Translations under genes and position numbers: made by a program | Part shown: positions 13,454 through 23,715 of the stretch, piece by piece | Numbering within the stretch: the stretch's first letter is position 1 | Layout of the letters: the number at the start of each line of letters is the position of its first letter | Notes under the pieces: model-generated | Told to the model about the DNA's origin: nothing | Seen by the model: the letters and a program-made list of their open reading frames with translations, nothing else | The model's database searches: none | Origin: Escherichia coli | Lineage (GTDB): Bacteria; Pseudomonadota; Gammaproteobacteria; Enterobacterales; Enterobacteriaceae | Assembly (NCBI RefSeq): GCF_001677475.2 | Contig: NZ_CP015229.1 | Reading direction: 5' to 3' (one strand) | Length of the DNA stretch: 64,000 nucleotides

Positions 13454-14638
13454 ATGACTAAACCTAATCATGAGCTTAGCCCGGCGCTGATCGTGCTGAT
13501 GTCTATCGCCACCGGTCTGGCGGTAGCCAGTAACTATTACGCCCAGCCGTTGCTCGACACCATCGCGCGTAACTTTTCCCTTTCCGCCAGTTCGGCAGGC
13601 TTTATTGTTACCGCCGCGCAGTTGGGCTATGCCGCAGGTCTACTGTTTCTTGTTCCCCTCGGTGATATGTTTGAACGCCGCCGCCTGATTGTCTCGATGA
13701 CCTTACTGGCAGCGGGCGGTATGTTAATCACTGCCAGCAGTCAGTCACTGGCGATGATGATCCTCGGTACGGCATTAACCGGTTTATTCTCAGTCGTGGC
13801 ACAAATTCTGGTTCCGCTGGCAGCGACGCTGGCTTCACCGGACAAACGCGGCAAAGTGGTCGGCACCATTATGAGCGGGCTGCTGTTGGGGATCTTGCTG
13901 GCACGAACCGTTGCCGGGTTGCTGGCAAACCTCGGCGGCTGGCGCACCGTCTTTTGGGTTGCCTCGGTGTTAATGGCACTGATGGCGCTGGCATTATGGC
14001 GTGGTCTGCCACAAATGAAATCAGAAACCCACCTCAACTACCCACAGTTGCTTGGTTCCGTTTTCAGCATGTTTATCAGCGATAAGATCCTGCGCACCCG
14101 CGCGTTGCTGGGCTGCCTGACCTTTGCCAACTTCAGCATTCTCTGGACCTCAATGGCCTTTTTGCTTGCCGCTCCACCTTTTAACTACAGCGATGGTGTA
14201 ATTGGTCTGTTTGGACTTGCGGGAGCTGCCGGAGCGTTGGGCGCTCGTCCGGCGGGCGGTTTTGCCGACAAGGGCAAATCGCACCACACAACAACTTTCG
14301 GTCTGCTGCTGCTGTTACTTTCATGGCTGGCAATCTGGTTTGGTCACACTTCCGTACTGGCGCTGATTATCGGCATTCTGGTGCTGGACCTCACCGTGCA
14401 GGGCGTGCATATCACTAACCAGACGGTAATTTATCGAATACACCCTGATGCGCGTAATCGCCTGACCGCAGGTTACATGACCAGCTACTTTATTGGCGGT
14501 GCCGCCGGTTCGCTAATTTCAGCCTCAGCCTGGCAACATGGCGGTTGGGCTGGCGTTTGTCTGGCTGGCGCGACGATTGCCCTGGTTAACTTACTGGTCT
14601 GGTGGCGAGGTTTTCATCGTCAGGAAGCCGCAAATTAA
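13454..14638 (+). CDS. ygaY: MFS transporter YgaY (uninterrupted 394 codons here)
   Basis: 394-aa ORF with MFS-like hydrophobic pattern; synteny between proX and ygaZ. Confidence 0.8.
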   Translation: MTKPNHELSPALIVLMSIATGLAVASNYYAQPLLDTIARNFSLSASSAGFIVTAAQLGYAAGLLFLVPLGDMFERRRLIVSMTLLAAGGMLITASSQSLAMMILGTALTGLFSVVAQILVPLAATLASPDKRGKVVGTIMSGLLLGILLARTVAGLLANLGGWRTVFWVASVLMALMALALWRGLPQMKSETHLNYPQLLGSVFSMFISDKILRTRALLGCLTFANFSILWTSMAFLLAAPPFNYSDGVIGLFGLAGAAGALGARPAGGFADKGKSHHTTTFGLLLLLLSWLAIWFGHTSVLALIIGILVLDLTVQGVHITNQTVIYRIHPDARNRLTAGYMTSYFIGGAAGSLISASAWQHGGWAGVCLAGATIALVNLLVWWRGFHRQEAAN

Positions 14639-14761
14639 GCAATCAGCAACCGTTTTCGTGGCTTTACACTTATAAGGGTGTTAAGAAGCCCATCAGTCTG
14701 ATAAGGTTAAGATATTCATTCAGTCTATTTATAATATTAACAATCGTTAAGCGTACACTCT

Positions 14762-15499
14762 ATGGAAAGCCCTACTCCACAGCCTGCTCCTGGTTCGGCG
14801 ACCTTCATGGAAGGATGCAAAGACAGTTTACCGATTGTTATTAGTTATATTCCGGTGGCCTTTGCGTTCGGTCTGAATGCGACCCGTCTGGGATTCTCTC
14901 CTCTCGAAAGCGTTTTTTTCTCCTGCATCATTTATGCAGGCGCGAGCCAGTTCGTCATTACCGCGATGCTGGCAGCCGGGAGTAGTTTGTGGGTTGCTGC
15001 ACTGACCGTCATGGCAATGGATGTTCGCCATGTGTTGTATGGCCCGTCACTGCGTAGCCGTATTATTCAGCGTCTGCAAAAATCGAAAACCGCCCTGTGG
15101 GCGTTTGGCCTGACGGATGAGGTTTTTGCCGCCGCAACCGCAAAACTGGTACGCAATAATCGCCGCTGGAGCGAGAACTGGATGATCGGCATTGCCTTCA
15201 GTTCATGGTCATCGTGGGTATTTGGTACGGTAATAGGGGCATTCTCCGGCAGCGGCTTGCTGCAAGGTTATCCCGCCGTTGAAGCTGCATTAGGTTTTAT
15301 GCTTCCGGCACTCTTTATGAGTTTCCTGCTCGCCTCTTTCCAGCGCAAACAATCTCTTTGCGTTACCGCAGCGTTAGTTGGTGCCCTTGCAGGCGTAACG
15401 CTATTTTCTATTCCCGTCGCCATTCTGGCAGGCATTGTCTGTGGCTGCCTCACTGCGTTAATCCAGGCATTCTGGCAAGGAGCGCCCGATGAGCTATGA
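14762..15499 (+). CDS. ygaZ: AzlC-family branched-chain amino acid exporter subunit YgaZ
   Basis: 245-aa hydrophobic ORF; synteny. Confidence 0.85.
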   Translation: MESPTPQPAPGSATFMEGCKDSLPIVISYIPVAFAFGLNATRLGFSPLESVFFSCIIYAGASQFVITAMLAAGSSLWVAALTVMAMDVRHVLYGPSLRSRIIQRLQKSKTALWAFGLTDEVFAAATAKLVRNNRRWSENWMIGIAFSSWSSWVFGTVIGAFSGSGLLQGYPAVEAALGFMLPALFMSFLLASFQRKQSLCVTAALVGALAGVTLFSIPVAILAGIVCGCLTALIQAFWQGAPDEL

Positions 15500-15824
15500 G
15501 GTTCTGCTGCTTGGGTTACTGGTTGGCGCGGCGAATTATTGCTTCCGCTATTTGCCGCTGCGCCTGCGTGTGGGTAATGCCCGCCCAACCAAACGTGGCG
15601 CGGTAGGTATTTTGCTCGACACCATTGGCATCGCCTCGATATGCGCTCTGCTGGTTGTCTCTACCGCACCAGAAGTGATGCACGATACACGCCGTTTCGT
15701 GCCCACGCTGGTCGGCTTCGCGGTACTGGGTGCCAGTTTCTATAAAACACGCAGCATTATCATCCCAACACTGCTTAGTGCGCTGGCCTATGGGCTCGCC
15801 TGGAAAGTGATGGCGATTATATAA
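15489..15824 (+). CDS. ygaH: AzlD-family exporter small subunit YgaH
   Basis: 111-aa hydrophobic ORF overlapping the ygaZ 3' end. Confidence 0.85.
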   Translation: MSYEVLLLGLLVGAANYCFRYLPLRLRVGNARPTKRGAVGILLDTIGIASICALLVVSTAPEVMHDTRRFVPTLVGFAVLGASFYKTRSIIIPTLLSALAYGLAWKVMAII

Positions 15825-15914
15825 CCCACAAGAATCATTTTTCTAAAACAATACATTTACTTTATTTGTCACTGTCGTTACTATATCGGCTGAAATTAAT
15901 GAGGTCATACCCAA

Positions 15915-16445
15915 ATGGATAGTTCGTTTACGCCCATTGAACAAATGCTAAAATTTCGCGCCAGCCGCCACGAAGATTTTCCTTATCAGGAGATCCTTCT
16001 GACTCGTCTTTGCATGCACATGCAAAGCAAGCTGCTGGAGAACCGCAATAAAATGCTGAAGGCTCAGGGGATTAACGAGACGTTGTTTATGGCGTTGATT
16101 ACGCTGGAGTCTCAGGAAAACCACAGTATTCAGCCTTCTGAATTGAGTTGTGCTCTTGGATCATCCCGTACCAACGCGACGCGTATTGCCGATGAACTGG
16201 AAAAACGCGGTTGGATCGAACGTCGTGAAAGCGATAACGATCGCCGCTGCCTGCATCTGCAATTAACGGAAAAAGGTCACGAGTTTTTGCGCGAGGTTTT
16301 ACCACCGCAGCATAACTGCCTGCATCAACTCTGGTCCGCGCTCAGCACAACAGAAAAAGATCAGCTCGAGCAAATCACCCGCAAATTGCTCTCCCGTCTC
16401 GACCAGATGGAACAAGACGGTGTGGTTCTCGAAGCGATGAGCTAA
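15915..16445 (+). CDS. mprA: MarR-family repressor MprA (EmrR)
   Basis: 176-aa ORF with MarR-type winged helix; immediately upstream of emrAB. Confidence 0.9.
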
Positions 16446-16492
16446 CGCGTCATCTCGCTCAAAAATCCAGATTTATAAAAGAAAAAATGACT

Positions 16493-16521
16493 GGCCAGCA
16501 TCGCAACATGCTGGCCTTTTT
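16493..16521 (+). terminator. Hairpin plus U-tract between mprA and emrA (terminator or attenuator)
   Basis: ggccagcat-cgcaac-atgctggcc perfect 9-bp stem followed by tttttgg. Confidence 0.5.
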
Positions 16522-16571
16522 GGCAAGCAGGTCGGCTCAGCCGATGAGTTAAGAAGATCGTGGAGAACAAT

Positions 16572-17744
16572 ATGAGCGCAAATGCGGAGACTCAAACCCC
16601 GCAGCAACCGGTAAAGAAGAGCGGCAAACGTAAGCGTCTGCTCCTCCTTCTCACCTTGCTCTTTATAATTATTGCCGTAGCGATAGGGATTTATTGGTTT
16701 TTGGTACTGCGTCATTTCGAAGAAACCGATGACGCATACGTGGCAGGGAATCAGATTCAAATTATGTCTCAGGTGTCTGGCAGCGTGACGAAAGTCTGGG
16801 CCGATAACACCGATTTTATAAAAGAAGGCGATGTTCTGGTCACTCTCGACCCGACAGATGCTCGCCAGGCGTTTGAAAAAGCCAAAACTGCACTGGCTTC
16901 CAGCGTTCGCCAAACCCACCAGCTGATGATTAACAGCAAACAGTTGCAGGCGAATATTGAGGTGCAAAAAATCGCCCTCGCGAAAGCACAAAGCGACTAC
17001 AACCGCCGAGTGCCGCTGGGCAATGCCAACCTGATTGGTCGCGAAGAGCTGCAACACGCCCGCGACGCCGTCACCAGTGCCCAGGCGCAACTGGACGTCG
17101 CTATTCAACAATACAATGCCAATCAGGCGATGATTCTGGGGACTAAACTGGAAGATCAGCCTGCCGTGCAACAGGCTGCCACCGAAGTACGTAACGCCTG
17201 GCTGGCGCTGGAGCGTACCCGTATTGTCAGTCCGATGACCGGTTATGTTTCCCGTCGTGCCGTGCAACCGGGTGCGCAAATTAGCCCAACGACGCCGCTG
17301 ATGGCGGTCGTTCCAGCCACCAATATGTGGGTGGATGCCAACTTTAAAGAGACGCAGATTGCCAATATGCGCATCGGTCAGCCGGTCACCATCACCACCG
17401 ATATTTACGGCGATGATGTGAAATACACCGGTAAAGTGGTTGGTCTGGATATGGGCACAGGTAGCGCATTCTCACTGCTTCCGGCGCAAAATGCGACCGG
17501 TAACTGGATCAAAGTCGTTCAGCGCCTGCCTGTGCGTATTGAACTGGACCAGAAACAGCTGGAGCAATACCCGCTGCGTATCGGTTTGTCCACGCTGGTG
17601 AGCGTCAATACCACTAACCGTGACGGTCAGGTACTGGCAAATAAAGTACGTTCCACACCGGTCGCGGTAAGTACCGCGCGTGAAATCAGCCTGGCACCTG
17701 TCAATAAACTGATCGACGATATCGTAAAAGCTAACGCTGGCTAA
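16572..17744 (+). CDS. emrA: Multidrug efflux membrane fusion protein EmrA
   Basis: ORF 16560..17744; recognised start MSANAETQTPQQ at internal Met. Confidence 0.9.
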   Translation: MSANAETQTPQQPVKKSGKRKRLLLLLTLLFIIIAVAIGIYWFLVLRHFEETDDAYVAGNQIQIMSQVSGSVTKVWADNTDFIKEGDVLVTLDPTDARQAFEKAKTALASSVRQTHQLMINSKQLQANIEVQKIALAKAQSDYNRRVPLGNANLIGREELQHARDAVTSAQAQLDVAIQQYNANQAMILGTKLEDQPAVQQAATEVRNAWLALERTRIVSPMTGYVSRRAVQPGAQISPTTPLMAVVPATNMWVDANFKETQIANMRIGQPVTITTDIYGDDVKYTGKVVGLDMGTGSAFSLLPAQNATGNWIKVVQRLPVRIELDQKQLEQYPLRIGLSTLVSVNTTNRDGQVLANKVRSTPVAVSTAREISLAPVNKLIDDIVKANAG

Positions 17745-17760
17745 TCCAGAGGTGCGTGTG

Positions 17761-19299
17761 ATGCAACAGCAAAAACCGCTGGAAGGCGCGCAACTGGTCA
17801 TTATGACGATTGCGCTGTCACTGGCGACATTCATGCAGGTGCTGGACTCCACCATTGCTAACGTGGCGATCCCCACTATCGCCGGGAATCTGGGCTCATC
17901 GCTCAGCCAGGGAACGTGGGTAATCACTTCTTTCGGGGTGGCGAATGCCATCTCGATCCCGCTTACCGGCTGGCTGGCAAAGCGCGTCGGGGAAGTGAAA
18001 CTGTTCCTCTGGTCAACCATCGCCTTTGCTATTGCGTCGTGGGCGTGTGGTGTCTCCAGCAGCCTGAATATGCTGATCTTCTTCCGCGTGATTCAGGGGA
18101 TTGTCGCCGGGCCGTTGATCCCGCTTTCGCAAAGTCTATTGCTGAATAACTACCCGCCAGCCAAACGCTCGATCGCGCTGGCACTGTGGTCGATGACGGT
18201 GATTGTCGCGCCAATTTGCGGCCCAATCCTCGGCGGGTATATCAGTGACAATTACCACTGGGGCTGGATATTCTTCATCAACGTACCGATTGGCGTGGCG
18301 GTGGTGTTGATGACACTGCAAACCCTGCGCGGACGCGAAACCCGCACCGAACGGCGGCGGATTGATGCCGTGGGGCTGGCACTGCTGGTTATTGGTATCG
18401 GCAGCCTACAGATTATGCTCGACCGCGGTAAAGAGCTGGACTGGTTTTCATCACAGGAAATTATCATCCTTACCGTGGTGGCAGTGGTGGCTATCTGCTT
18501 CCTGATTGTCTGGGAGCTGACCGACGATAACCCGATAGTCGATCTGTCGTTGTTTAAGTCGCGCAACTTCACCATCGGCTGTTTGTGTATCAGCCTCGCG
18601 TATATGCTCTACTTCGGCGCTATTGTTCTGCTGCCGCAGTTGTTGCAGGAGGTCTACGGTTACACGGCAACGTGGGCAGGTCTGGCCTCTGCGCCGGTAG
18701 GAATTATTCCGGTGATCCTGTCGCCGATTATCGGCCGCTTCGCGCATAAACTGGATATGCGGCGGCTGGTAACCTTCAGCTTTATTATGTATGCCGTCTG
18801 CTTCTACTGGCGTGCCTATACCTTTGAACCGGGTATGGATTTTGGCGCGTCGGCCTGGCCGCAGTTTATCCAGGGGTTTGCGGTGGCCTGCTTCTTTATG
18901 CCGCTGACCACCATTACGCTGTCTGGTTTGCCACCGGAACGACTGGCGGCAGCATCGAGCCTCTCCAACTTTACGCGAACGCTGGCGGGGTCTATCGGCA
19001 CGTCCATCACCACCACCATGTGGACCAACCGCGAGTCGATGCACCATGCGCAGTTGACTGAGTCGGTAAACCCGTTCAACCCGAATGCCCAGGCGATGTA
19101 CAGTCAACTGGAAGGGCTTGGGATGACGCAACAGCAGGCATCAGGCTGGATTGCCCAGCAGATCACCAATCAGGGGCTGATTATTTCCGCCAATGAGATC
19201 TTCTGGATGTCAGCCGGGATATTCCTCGTCCTGCTGGGGCTGGTGTGGTTTGCTAAACCGCCATTTGGCGCAGGTGGCGGCGGAGGCGGTGCGCACTAA
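17761..19299 (+). CDS. emrB: MFS multidrug efflux pump EmrB
   Basis: ORF 17752..19299; recognised start MQQQKPLEGAQL; Gly-rich C-terminal tail. Confidence 0.9.
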   Translation: MQQQKPLEGAQLVIMTIALSLATFMQVLDSTIANVAIPTIAGNLGSSLSQGTWVITSFGVANAISIPLTGWLAKRVGEVKLFLWSTIAFAIASWACGVSSSLNMLIFFRVIQGIVAGPLIPLSQSLLLNNYPPAKRSIALALWSMTVIVAPICGPILGGYISDNYHWGWIFFINVPIGVAVVLMTLQTLRGRETRTERRRIDAVGLALLVIGIGSLQIMLDRGKELDWFSSQEIIILTVVAVVAICFLIVWELTDDNPIVDLSLFKSRNFTIGCLCISLAYMLYFGAIVLLPQLLQEVYGYTATWAGLASAPVGIIPVILSPIIGRFAHKLDMRRLVTFSFIMYAVCFYWRAYTFEPGMDFGASAWPQFIQGFAVACFFMPLTTITLSGLPPERLAAASSLSNFTRTLAGSIGTSITTTMWTNRESMHHAQLTESVNPFNPNAQAMYSQLEGLGMTQQQASGWIAQQITNQGLIISANEIFWMSAGIFLVLLGLVWFAKPPFGAGGGGGGAH

Positions 19300-19309
19300 G
19301 GTTGTCAAA

Positions 19310-19331
19310 GGGAGCTGCGGCTCCCTTTTTA
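19310..19331 (+). terminator. Rho-independent terminator downstream of emrB
   Basis: gggagc-tgcg-gctccc stem followed by ttttt, directly after the emrB stop. Confidence 0.6.
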
Positions 19332-19556
19332 TTTGCTCATTCTGCAAACGGTTGTTTTATCCACTCATTCGGTGTATCTTTTCGCCGCCCCAAACTCTTC
19401 CATTCACCATTAACCGGTTCTGAGCATTCGCTCAGGTTGTTAATTCTCTTTTTCTTTCGCCCTCGCTTTCGCGGGTGATACTCACATTTTTCTTTTAACC
19501 CCATAACTCGCACCCTCGCGGGCGTACATTTATTACACACAAAATAATGGATTATT

Positions 19557-20264
19557 ATGAATACCCAACGAAAATACGGGAGAACCTGGCATTACCCTTT
19601 CTCCCCAGGCACCACCAGCGATGACCGTATTAACACCGATTACTGGCAGGATTTACAGGCCATCACGCAATTGGTGCACACAGAAAAACTCGACGGTGAA
19701 AATAACTGCCTTAACCGCTACGGCGTGTTTGCCCGTTCCCATGCCGCGCCTACGCAGTCGGCATGGACCTATAAAATTCGCCAACGCTGGCAACTGCTGA
19801 AAAACGATCTCGGCGATCTGGAGTTGTTTGGTGAAAATCTTTATGCCGTCCATTCGATTGAATATCGCGCCCTGGAGCAGGATTTTTATCTGTTTGCCGT
19901 TCGCTGCCAGGATATGTGGCTGAGCTGGGAAGAGGTGCAGTTTTACGCCGCTCTGTTTGATTTCCCCTGCGTTCCCGAAATCTCCGGCCCGCAGCCGGGG
20001 AATGATGAAAAAAGCTGGCAACGTGATTTTCTGGCGCTGACCAATGCGCGCGGCGCGTTCGATCCCTGGGATACGCAAACCGGGCAACCCTGTACGCTGG
20101 AAGGCATTGTCAGCCGAAATCGTGACGCGTTTTCCGTCGCTGACTTTTCGCATAACGTCTTCAAGTATGTGCGCAAAAATCATGTCAAAACCACCGTGCA
20201 CTGGAAACGACACTGGCAACGGGCGCGGATGGCCCATGAGTTCGCTTATGGAGAACAGTCATGA
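19557..20264 (+). CDS. Minimal ATP-dependent polynucleotide ligase (lysine nucleotidyltransferase family, RNA-ligase-like)
   Basis: 235-aa ORF; motif I K44-L-D-G47, motif III-like F91-G-E-N, motif IV E182-G-I-V, motif V K203-Y-V-R-K207 in canonical order. Confidence 0.7.
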   Translation: MNTQRKYGRTWHYPFSPGTTSDDRINTDYWQDLQAITQLVHTEKLDGENNCLNRYGVFARSHAAPTQSAWTYKIRQRWQLLKNDLGDLELFGENLYAVHSIEYRALEQDFYLFAVRCQDMWLSWEEVQFYAALFDFPCVPEISGPQPGNDEKSWQRDFLALTNARGAFDPWDTQTGQPCTLEGIVSRNRDAFSVADFSHNVFKYVRKNHVKTTVHWKRHWQRARMAHEFAYGEQS

Positions 20265-21373
20265 TTTGGCAGCTTACCGACGACAAACGCTGGTCGACGC
20301 TACGCCAGCGTTTCAGTTGGGTTGAGGAGATGCATCACACGCCACAAGACCCGGAGCATCATGGTGAAGGTGACGTCGGCGTGCATACGGAAATGGTGCT
20401 TAACGCCCTCGTTACTCAGCCAGAATTCCAGCAACTCCCCGCTCAACAGCAGGAAGTTTTATGGGCGGCGGCGTTATTGCATGATGTTGAAAAGCGCAGC
20501 ACTACCGTGCAGGAAAACGGACGTATTCAGTCTCCAGGCCATGCTCGTCGGGGCGAACTGACGGCCCGACAAATTTTATGGCGCGATATCCCAACGCCGT
20601 TCGTGCTACGCGAGCAAATTGTTGCGCTGGTGCGTCTGCATGGGTTACCGCTATGGTTACTGGAACGTCCGGAACCGGAGCGTTTGCTGCTCACGGCTGC
20701 AATGCGCATCGACACGCGTCTGCTCGCTTTGCTTGCTCGTGCCGACCTGCTTGGTCGCCAAAGCCCGGATCAGCAATCAATGCTGGAACGCATCGATCTG
20801 TTCGAGCTGTTTTGCCATGAGCAACAATGCTGGGGAAAAGTGCGCCCGTTCGTTTCTGATTCCGCACGCTGGCACTACCTGACTCATGAGCAAAGTTCTC
20901 CTGATTTTGTTCCCTGGGGGGCTGAACCTTTTGAGGTTATTTTGCTGTGTGGCTTACCGGGTATGGGCAAAGATCGCTATATCAGTGAACAGTGCCAGGG
21001 AATGGACGTTATCAGCCTTGATGATATGCGGCGGCGAATCAATGCCAGCCCGGACGACAAAACCGCCACCGGGCGTATTGTGCAACAGGCAAAAGAAGAG
21101 GCGCGCGTTTTTTTACGCCAGAAAAAGCCGTTCATCTGGAATGCAACGAACATTACCCGCCAGCTGCGTAGCCAGCTCATCAGCTTGTTTACGGCCTACG
21201 GTGCAAGGGTAAAAATTATCTATCTGGAAGTGCCGTGGGCACAATGGAAGCAGCAAAATGCCAGGCGTGTGTATGCAGTTCCTGAAGTGGTCGTAATGCG
21301 GATGGCCTCAAGGCTGGAAGTTCCTCAACCTGATGAAGCACATAGCGTGGAGTATCGGGTGATTGAAAGGTAA
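20261..21373 (+). CDS. HD-domain phosphoesterase fused to a T4-Pnk-like 5'-OH polynucleotide kinase (HD-Pnk end-healing enzyme)
   Basis: 370-aa ORF; N-terminal HD signature ([11 protein letters not shown] ... LLHDVEK); C-terminal P-loop GLPGMGKD then [24 protein letters not shown] and [16 protein letters not shown], matching T4 Pnk as recalled; start overlaps the ligase stop (ATGA). Confidence 0.7.
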   Translation: MIWQLTDDKRWSTLRQRFSWVEEMHHTPQDPEHHGEGDVGVHTEMVLNALVTQPEFQQLPAQQQEVLWAAALLHDVEKRSTTVQENGRIQSPGHARRGELTARQILWRDIPTPFVLREQIVALVRLHGLPLWLLERPEPERLLLTAAMRIDTRLLALLARADLLGRQSPDQQSMLERIDLFELFCHEQQCWGKVRPFVSDSARWHYLTHEQSSPDFVPWGAEPFEVILLCGLPGMGKDRYISEQCQGMDVISLDDMRRRINASPDDKTATGRIVQQAKEEARVFLRQKKPFIWNATNITRQLRSQLISLFTAYGARVKIIYLEVPWAQWKQQNARRVYAVPEVVVMRMASRLEVPQPDEAHSVEYRVIER

Positions 21374-21379
21374 AAAAAC

Positions 21380-21416
21380 CGGGCGGTGCTGTCACCTGCC
21401 CGGCTTCTTTTGTTCC
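21380..21416. terminator. Probable bidirectional terminator between the HD-Pnk gene and convergent luxS
   Basis: A-run, ccgggcgg...cctgcccgg imperfect hairpin, then cttcttttgtt, in the 48-bp gap between two convergent stops. Confidence 0.5.
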
Positions 21417-21421
21417 ACTGA

Positions 21422-21937
21422 CTAAATGTGCAGTTCTTGCAACTTCTCTTTCGGCAGCGCCAGCTCTTCGTTGCTGTTGATGCGTACGTCACGTTCCAGA
21501 ATGCTACGCGCAATATCCTGCGCTTCCTGCAACGAGTGCATCTGGTAAGTGCCACACTGGTAGACGTTCAGTTCTGGGATCTGATTCTGATCCTGCACTT
21601 TCAGCACGTCTTCCATTGCCGCTTTCCAGGCATCAGCAACACGCTGCTCATCTGGCGTACCAATCAGACTCATATAAAAACCGGTGCGGCAGCCCATTGG
21701 CGAGATATCGATAATCTCTACACCATTACCGTTAAGATGGTTACGCATAAAACCAGCAAACAGGTGCTCCAGGGTATGGATCCCTCTTTCTGGCATCACT
21801 TCTTTGTTCGGCACGCAGAAGCGCAGATCGAACACGGTGATTGCGTCGCCATGCGGGGTGTTCATTGTTTTCGCCACCCGAACTGCAGGCGCTTCCATCC
21901 GGGTATGATCGACTGTGAAGCTATCTAACAACGGCAT
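21422..21937 (-). CDS. luxS: S-ribosylhomocysteine lyase LuxS
   Basis: 171-aa ORF; recognised LuxS sequence incl. metal-binding HTLEHL. Confidence 0.93.
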
Positions 21938-22005
21938 TTAGCCACCTCCGGTAATTTTTTTAAAAATTTTCTGAACTCTTTCTTCCCAGGCGAGTCTGAG
22001 TATAT

Positions 22006-22079
22006 GAAAGACGCGCATTTGTTATCATCATCCCTGAATTCAGAGATGAAATTTTGGCCACTCACGAGTGGCCTTTTTC
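22006..22079 (+). ncRNA. micA: MicA (SraD) small regulatory RNA
   Basis: Recognised sequence gaaagacgcgcatttgttatcatcatccctgaattcagagatgaaattttggccactcacgagtggcctttttc with terminal hairpin; between luxS and gshA on the opposite strand. Confidence 0.75.
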
Positions 22080-22086
22080 TTTTCTG

Positions 22087-23670
<1,584 letters not shown>

Positions 23671-23715
23671 TTAATTAGCATAACTGTAATGGTGACCATA
23701 TGTGCAGGCCTACAA

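Noticed and set aside
19337-19540. 67-codon minus-strand ORF in the emrB-ligase spacer, highly basic (RKRGRKKKR)
   Set aside because: No ribosome-binding context or recognisable fold; overlaps the probable promoter region of the cassette. Probably a chance ORF, though a small basic protein cannot be formally excluded.
19653-20237. 194-codon minus-strand ORF inside the novel cassette
   Set aside because: Antisense to the ligase ORF. The plus-strand frame carries the ordered nucleotidyltransferase motifs and is translationally coupled to the downstream gene; the minus-strand frame has no motifs.
19300-21421. Possibility that the emrB-luxS insert is a prophage remnant, IS element or integrative island
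   Set aside because: No integrase, transposase or recombinase ORF, no terminal inverted or direct repeats and no adjacent tRNA; only two metabolic-type genes bounded by ordinary terminators.
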